Shown: positions 35,297 to 40,312 of the stretch, piece after piece | Layout: every line of letters begins with the position of its first letter | How positions within the stretch are numbered: position 1 is the stretch's first letter | NCBI GenBank assembly: GCA_018263405.1 | Contig: JAANXG010000076.1 | Coordinates: forward strand, 1-40,312 | Length of the DNA: 40,312 bases | From: Gammaproteobacteria bacterium | GTDB taxonomy: Bacteria; Pseudomonadota; Gammaproteobacteria; Arenicellales; JAANXG01 | Reading direction: 5' to 3' | Notes under the pieces: generated by a model | What the model saw: only the letters and a program-made list of their open reading frames with translations | Database searches by the model: none | What the model was told of the DNA's origin: nothing | Program-made: the position numbers and the translations under genes

Positions 35297-35578
35297 GTGT
35301 TAGTTACCAAGGAAATGGGAATATCCCATGCGGAGTTCTTTTCAGTGCTGCCGCGTTTACTGGATGGACGCGAATACAAAGTCGAAGGCAGTATAATCGT
35401 TTGCGAAAACGACGGCAGGCGGATCATCTTCACGCTCTGGCCCGAACAACAGCGAACCATCGCTTCGATCACGCTACCGAGTACCCGGATCGATATATCG
35501 CTGGATGACTTCAGTGACGAGGAACAGAAGAGATTCATGGAAAAATTTGACCTGCGTTTTCGACGCGGTGGCGGTTGA
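35297..35578 (+). CDS. Small hypothetical protein ending in ...RFRRGGG
   Basis: 93-aa ORF (GTG 35297; alternative ATG 35315) in the same orientation between moeB and moaA. I recognised no family. No convincing RBS, so coding status is moderate. Confidence 0.5.
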   Translation: MLVTKEMGISHAEFFSVLPRLLDGREYKVEGSIIVCENDGRRIIFTLWPEQQRTIASITLPSTRIDISLDDFSDEEQKRFMEKFDLRFRRGGG

Positions 35579-35624
35579 GAATCTCTCTGTGACGCCTCTG
35601 CGGGGCCCTGTATCCTAATTTATC

Positions 35625-35795
35625 GTAATTTCTCAATAACCCCGTGCAAGAATGTGGGGGTAGGGTTGTCTTTCAGGGCTGTCGAAAGCACGGAAGCTTT
35701 CGCCAGAGCGTACAAGGATGTATTCACAGCGTCCCTGAAAGACAACCCTACCCCCACATGATCGCCGACATTGCACGGACTTTTTGAGAAATTAC
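35625..35795 (+). mobile_element. 171-bp MITE, copy C (8-bp TSD AATTTATC)
   Basis: Flanked by AATTTATC at 35617-35624 and 35796-35803. It differs from copies A/B at 6 positions, 5 of them within the 54-nt central loop. Both termini read GTAATTTCTCAA. Confidence 0.85.
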
Positions 35796-35798
35796 AAT
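35771..35798 (+). promoter_or_regulatory. Possible outward-facing hybrid sigma70 promoter formed by the MITE end and its target site
   Basis: TTGCAC (35771-35776), a 16-nt spacer, then TACAAT (35793-35798), which spans the element/TSD junction. This lies ~49 nt upstream of the moaA ATG. Pattern match only. Confidence 0.25.
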
Positions 35799-35846
35799 TT
35801 ATCACGTTGATAGAGTAACTAAAACTGAACCCTGAATAGTCGTTCG

Positions 35847-36869
35847 ATGAGGCAAATGACCGTACAAGACGCACTGCAAAGGCCGATCCGGGATCTGAGA
35901 ATTTCCGTTACCGACCGGTGCAACTTTCGGTGCGTTTATTGCATGCCGAAACACGTGTTCGGACCCGGCCACGAGTTTTTGCCGCGTTCGGAGTTGCTGA
36001 CCTACGAGGAAATTGCGCGCCTGGCCCGCTCATTTGCCGCGATAGGGGTCGGTAAATTCCGTCTGACGGGCGGTGAGCCATTGATTCGCCGCGATCTCGT
36101 TGGCCTCATCGGGATGCTCAGCGGTATCGAAGGCGTCGAGGACATCAGCCTCACGACGAATGGTTCGATGTTAACGCCGGACAAGGCCCGGACGCTCAAG
36201 CAGGCCGGCTTGCGGCGCATCACGGTATCCTTGGATGCATTGGACAACCAGACCTTTATGATGCTTAACGACGTCGACTACCCGGTTCAAAAAGTCCTGG
36301 ATGCCCTTGACAATGCCGAGGCGGCCGGACTTTCCCCGGTGAAGGTCAACGTTGTTGTCAAAAAAGGCGTGAACGACCACAGTATTATTCCTCTGGTACG
36401 ATATTTTCATGGCTCGTCGCACATCGTGCGATTCATCGAATATATGGACGTGGGACACAGTAACGGCTGGCGCCTGGATGATGTCGTGCCCGCGGCCGAA
36501 ATCGCAGAGCGTATCAACGCCGAGTTGCCGATTGAGCCCGCCGAACCCAATTATCGCGGTGAAGTCGCTCAACGCTGGCGGTTCGTGGACGGCGGTGGGG
36601 AAGTAGGTATCGTATCCTCGGTCACCCAACCGTTTTGCCGCAGTTGTCATCGCGCCCGTTTGTCGGCAAGAGGGGAGTTGTACACCTGCCTGTTTGCCGC
36701 CCGGGGACATGACCTGCGCCGTCTGGTGCGCGATACGGAACTATCGGATGATGAACTAACGGACCGCCTTTCCCGAATTTGGTCCGTGCGCGATGATCGT
36801 TACTCGGAAATCCGCAGTGAAAACACGCTGTCACTGCCGAAAGTGGAGATGTCCTACATCGGTGGCTGA
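35847..36869 (+). CDS. moaA: GTP 3',8-cyclase (radical SAM, Moco biosynthesis)
   Basis: 'LRISVTDRCNFRCVYCMP' (CxxxCxxC), 'RLTGGEPL', 'ISLTTNG', and C-terminal cluster cysteines 'CRSCHRARLSARGELYTCLF'. Confidence 0.95.
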   Translation: MRQMTVQDALQRPIRDLRISVTDRCNFRCVYCMPKHVFGPGHEFLPRSELLTYEEIARLARSFAAIGVGKFRLTGGEPLIRRDLVGLIGMLSGIEGVEDISLTTNGSMLTPDKARTLKQAGLRRITVSLDALDNQTFMMLNDVDYPVQKVLDALDNAEAAGLSPVKVNVVVKKGVNDHSIIPLVRYFHGSSHIVRFIEYMDVGHSNGWRLDDVVPAAEIAERINAELPIEPAEPNYRGEVAQRWRFVDGGGEVGIVSSVTQPFCRSCHRARLSARGELYTCLFAARGHDLRRLVRDTELSDDELTDRLSRIWSVRDDRYSEIRSENTLSLPKVEMSYIGG

Positions 36870-36982
36870 GTACTCCATCAATGGGATCAAATCCGCTCCG
36901 TCTTCCTTGCGGGCACCTCTATTCATTATTGATACCTATCGACCAAGAACACGGGACCTTAACAAGCGCAAGAGAGTATCCA

Positions 36983-37702
36983 GTGAGCACACCATTCAAA
37001 GCCAGGAATTACGAACCGCTGATTTCACTCATCGTGCCGGTTTTCAATGAACAAGATGTCGTTGAAATCTTCCTGGAGAAAACCTCCCGAGTCATGGAAA
37101 AAGCCAGACTTGATTATGAGTATGTTTTCATAAATGACGGGTCGACTGACGGGACATTGGCAAAACTGATTGAACTGTCAGCCAGTAATCCACACATCCG
37201 GGTCATCAACCTGTCCCGCAACTTCGGTAAAGAAGCGGGGATGACCGCGGGAATTGACCGGGTACGGGGCAATGTCCTGGTGCCGATTGATGTCGATTTG
37301 CAGGACCCGCCTGAACTGATTCCACAGTTTGTCGAAAAATGGCGGGAAGGCTACGACATAGTCTATGGAGTACGTACACATCGTAACGAGGATTCCATGA
37401 TAAGAAGGGCCACCGCTGGGTGGTTTTACGGCTTGTTCAACCACCTGTCCCCTGTGCATATTCCAGACAATGCCGGGGACTTCCGTTTGATTGATGAACG
37501 TGCCAACGAAGTGTTACGACAACTCCCTGAACGCAACCGCTTTATGAAAGGCCTGTTTTCCTGGGTAGGGTTCTATTCGATCGGTATCTCTTATTTGAGT
37601 ATTAAGCATGTCTTAATGTCCAGATACCATATCAGGTGGGAAGTTGCCGGGTTAGCGCAACCGCCAGGAAAACATGAAAGAACTTTTAAGAAATTTTGTT
37701 AA
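36983..37702 (+). pseudogene. GT2 glycosyltransferase (GtrB/bactoprenol glucosyltransferase-like), 3' truncated
   Basis: GTG 36983 follows agagag. 'ISLIVPVFNEQD', 'INDGSTDGT', 'NFGKEAGMTAGI', 'DVDLQDPPELI' and 'RFMKGLFSWVGF' are typical GT2/GtrB motifs. After about 37575 the frame loses homology. It ends without the ~90-aa C-terminal part, including two TM helices, expected in this family. Confidence 0.7.
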
Positions 37703-37935
37703 TTCTAATCTCTAACCACGGTCCAAAGTGGAAGGTCTGGAATCATCTCAAGCGCCATCGGGTCGGCAAGACGGCGGTTACCGGACCCGGAGACCTGAAG
37801 CGTAAAGTCATTGGCTTCCTGCGCTCGCTGCAAAAGCTCCCCGCCGTCGTCCGCGCATTCTTTCAGGAGAAACATGTTTGCTACGCCTCCGCATGATGTC
37901 GGGTGACTTTCGTGCGGTTTAGTAATAGAGGTGCC
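37690..37935 (+). mobile_element. 3' remnant of an IS630/Tc1-mariner-family transposase gene
   Basis: ORF 37696-37896 reads '...KVWNHLKRHRVGKTAVTGPGDLKRKVIGFLRSLQKLPAVVRAFFQEKHVCYA'. This matches the C-terminal tail I recall for IS630-family transposases ('NP.E.VWNHLK......ITG..DLK......LRSLQK.P..VR.FF'). No catalytic DDE region or left end is present. The exact boundaries are uncertain. Confidence 0.5.
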
Positions 37936-37942
37936 CTTGCGT

Positions 37943-38479
37943 TTATACCTCCAGCAACCGGGGCATGAGCTCCACGAGATTGCAGGGAAGCGTTCGGTAA
38001 TCCAATTGGTACTGGATAAGTTGATCCCATGCGTCGCCACAGGCACCGGATGAACCGGGCAGGCAAAAGACGTACGTAGCGTTGGCAACGCCTGCCACAG
38101 CGCGTGATTGTAGTGTCGATGTCTTGATGGAATCCCAGGACAAGTTACGAAACATCTCCCCAAACCCCGGGATTTCCTTGTCCAGCAGTGGCCGGATCGC
38201 CTCGGGCGTGCCGTCCCGACCGGTCACACCGGTACCGCCGGTGGTCAGGATCACTCCGGGGGCATCCGGTTCGGCGATCCAGGCCGAGACCACGGCGCGA
38301 ATGCGATAGATATCGTCCGGTACAATGGTTTTTTCGTGAACGAAATGGCCGCAGTTCTCGACACGATTTACGAGCAGTTTGCCCGATTTATCGTCTGCTT
38401 CGGTGCGGCTGTCCGAAACGGTGAGTACCGCGATGGATAAGGGAATAAATTCTCTGTTTTTCGTGGGTCCGTCATTCAT
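37943..38479 (-). CDS. moaB: Molybdenum cofactor biosynthesis protein B
   Basis: 178 aa. 'IAVLTVSDSR' and 'ILTTGGTGVTGRDGTPEA' (MoaB/MogA fold signatures). Confidence 0.9.
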   Translation of the reverse strand: MNDGPTKNREFIPLSIAVLTVSDSRTEADDKSGKLLVNRVENCGHFVHEKTIVPDDIYRIRAVVSAWIAEPDAPGVILTTGGTGVTGRDGTPEAIRPLLDKEIPGFGEMFRNLSWDSIKTSTLQSRAVAGVANATYVFCLPGSSGACGDAWDQLIQYQLDYRTLPCNLVELMPRLLEV

Positions 38480-38548
38480 GGGGCTATTGCTCGTTTCCCG
38501 CAGTCGGGAATGTTACGGTCAAATGAACTCATGCGCGATAATACACTC

Positions 38549-38977
38549 ATGAAGGTTGAGATTAGAGAACGGGCCTTCGATCCCTGGACGGAAGTGGCGC
38601 ACTACCAGGCGTCTCTGACTTCCTTCGGGGCCACGGCGGTGTTCGTCGGGACGATGCGCGATATCAACGAATCCTCGAAAGTCGACCGCATGATGATCGA
38701 GCACTACCCGGGCATGACGGAAATTCATTTGAATAATATTTGCAAACGGGCCGGGGCACGATGGAATATCATCGACGCGCTGGTAATTCACCGCGTCGGA
38801 GAACTCTATCCCAACGACACTATTGTTCTTGTAGCGGTTTGGTCGGCCCATCGCAAAGATGCTTACGAGGCCAACCGATTCATCATGGAGGATTTGAAAT
38901 CCAGTGCGCCGTTCTGGAAGAAGGAAACCCTGGACGGGGGCGAGCGCTGGGTCGGAAAAAACACACCGGGCTATTAA
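38549..38977 (+). CDS. moaE: Molybdopterin synthase catalytic subunit
   Basis: 'GATAVFVGTMRD', 'SAHRKDAYEANRFIMEDLKSSAPFWKKE'. The start is uncertain (ATG at 38510, 38531 or 38549). 38549 gives the usual MoaE N-terminus. Confidence 0.88.
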   Translation: MKVEIRERAFDPWTEVAHYQASLTSFGATAVFVGTMRDINESSKVDRMMIEHYPGMTEIHLNNICKRAGARWNIIDALVIHRVGELYPNDTIVLVAVWSAHRKDAYEANRFIMEDLKSSAPFWKKETLDGGERWVGKNTPGY

Positions 38978-39007
38978 CAATTACCGTTCACGGCGGTCTT
39001 GCGGCCC

Positions 39008-40273
39008 TTAAACGCGAAACTCGCTGAATGGAATCACGGGGACTTGCATTCCCCGTTCCACGGATTCGAACTCCATCGGCAGCACAATAAAGCAGTTTGC
39101 CCGGGACATCGATGTGAGGATGCCGGAACCCTGGGATCCGGTTTTCTCGACGGTCAGGTTCCCGTGCCGGTCGCTGCTCAATACGCCGCGTTGGTATTCG
39201 GTCCGTCCAGCCTTCTTTTGCAGCTTCGACTCACACCTCGCGTTCAGGACCAAGGGATCGATTGTGGACTCACCCATCAGATGTCGCAGGGCGGGCTGGA
39301 CGAACAGGTAAAACGTCGCCATGACCGAAACGGGATTCCCCGGCAGGCCGAAGAACCAGCTGTCGCCGAGGCGGCCGAATGCGAGAGGCCGGCCGGGTTT
39401 CATGGCGACTTTCCAGAAGTCGATCCGACCGAGTTCCGTTAAACTCTGTTTGACGTAGTCCGCTTCGCCCACGGAGACGCCACCGGAGGTAATAACGACA
39501 TCTGCGTTGTCGGCCGCGAGGCGGAACGCTTTCAAGGTCGCTTCCGGGGTATCCTTAACCACGCCCATGTCGATAATGTCGGTGCCCAGGCGCGTCAGCA
39601 TGCCGTACAGCGTGTAACGATTGCTGTCGTAGATGTCACCGGCAGCCAGCGGATCGCCGATGGAACGTAGCTCATCGCCGGTGGAGAAAAACGCGACACG
39701 GGGGCGTCGGGTGACTGGAACTTCACTGATGCCCAGCGAGGCGATCAAACCCAGGTCCGAGGGTTGCAGGCGATGACCCCGGGTAACGACGGTGTCCCCC
39801 CTGCGAATGTCCTCGCCCGCCTGTCGGACGTTCTGGCCCGCTTTGTGACGCTCGTCGATCCTGATACGGTGTTCCGATACGGATTCGGTGTCTTCCTGCA
39901 TTACTACCGTGTCTGTACCGCCGGGCATGACGGCCCCGGTCATGATCTGTGCGCATTGGCCGGTTTTCACCGTGCCGTTAAAGGGATGGCCGGCGAAGGA
40001 CGACCCCACGACGGATAATTCACGCGCCTCGGTTGTCGGCAGGTCCGAGCTCGAGACCGCGTAACCGTCCATGGCCGAATTCGTGTGTCCCGGCACCGCC
40101 AGGGGCGAGCGGATGTCTTCGCCCAGAATCCGGCAGAGCGCGGCCCGTAGCGCGAGGTATTCGAGGCTCTCCAGCGGGGTGATGGACGCCAGGATACGTT
40201 GGCGGGCGTCTTCCGTGGATATCGAGCCCGGATCGGAGCTGTCCAGGCAGCTGGGGTCGACGGCGATGGTCAT
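39008..40273 (-). CDS. moeA: Molybdopterin molybdotransferase
   Basis: Collinear with E. coli MoeA: 'NSAMDGYAV', 'IMTGAVMP.G.D.VVMQE', 'FSTGDEL', 'IYDSNR', 'SGGVSVGEADY', 'FWKVAMKPG.P.AFG', 'GLPGNPVS'. Confidence 0.95.
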   Translation of the reverse strand: MTIAVDPSCLDSSDPGSISTEDARQRILASITPLESLEYLALRAALCRILGEDIRSPLAVPGHTNSAMDGYAVSSSDLPTTEARELSVVGSSFAGHPFNGTVKTGQCAQIMTGAVMPGGTDTVVMQEDTESVSEHRIRIDERHKAGQNVRQAGEDIRRGDTVVTRGHRLQPSDLGLIASLGISEVPVTRRPRVAFFSTGDELRSIGDPLAAGDIYDSNRYTLYGMLTRLGTDIIDMGVVKDTPEATLKAFRLAADNADVVITSGGVSVGEADYVKQSLTELGRIDFWKVAMKPGRPLAFGRLGDSWFFGLPGNPVSVMATFYLFVQPALRHLMGESTIDPLVLNARCESKLQKKAGRTEYQRGVLSSDRHGNLTVEKTGSQGSGILTSMSRANCFIVLPMEFESVERGMQVPVIPFSEFRV

Positions 40274-40312
40274 AAATTGGCGGGGGAGCCGGTCAGTGGA
40301 TGATTGGGATCA

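Noticed and set aside
2880-35779. Recurrent GGGGGTAGGGTTGTCTTTC repeats considered as a possible CRISPR array or REP/BIME cluster
   Set aside because: The repeats occur as inverted pairs inside discrete 171-bp units kilobases apart, not as regularly spaced direct repeats with unique spacers. No cas genes are present. The 8-bp target duplications point to transposition rather than REP/RAYT biology.
35579-35846. Searched for a Moco riboswitch upstream of moaA
   Set aside because: Most of the leader is the MITE. In the remaining ~95 nt I could not recognise the conserved Moco-motif elements by eye. A covariance-model scan (Rfam RF01055) would be needed to be sure.
37705-38163. 152-aa minus-strand ORF overlapping the moaB 3' end and the IS630 remnant
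   Set aside because: It is out of frame with moaB over its upstream part and antisense to the transposase tail, and it has no motifs. I regard it as spurious.

Overview
This window is a chromosomal segment of about 55-58% GC, proteobacterial and gammaproteobacterium-like, densely coding and mostly metabolic. In order it contains:
- a membrane PAS-GGDEF-EAL c-di-GMP protein;
- a fatty-acid beta-oxidation block (fadE, long-chain acyl-CoA ligase, crotonase);
- a conserved but functionally uncharacterised envelope operon (DUF1302 outer-membrane protein, DUF1329 LolA-like protein, Ycf48/BNR-like propeller, RND/MMPL-like transporter, SAM methyltransferase);
- an NYN-domain gene in a low-GC islet;
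- a DECR-like SDR;
- a retropepsin-like protease / rimK / M14-like deacylase trio;
- the giant NAD-glutamate dehydrogenase gdhB;
- an acyl-CoA synthetase, an FAD-linked oxidase and mmsA;
- a scattered molybdenum-cofactor locus (moeB, moaA, moaB, moaE, moeA).

Five things are not explained by the gene list:
1. A 171-bp hairpin-forming MITE occurs as three full copies. Each has its own 8-bp target-site duplication and GTAA termini, which are IS66-type hallmarks. There is also one internally deleted copy and one half copy.
2. A ~2.2-kb block of more than 70% GC lies beside one MITE copy. It carries a HemY-type protoporphyrinogen oxidase and a broken SurA-like gene.
3. A truncated GT2 glycosyltransferase abuts an IS630-like transposase tail inside the Moco locus.
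4. There is a degenerate Y1-transposase-like HTH protein.
5. A 93-aa ORF ending in RRGGG sits directly after moeB, in a locus with no moaD.

I saw no rRNA, tRNA or CRISPR array. All family assignments come from recognising motifs and sequences by eye; no database search or folding computation was run.
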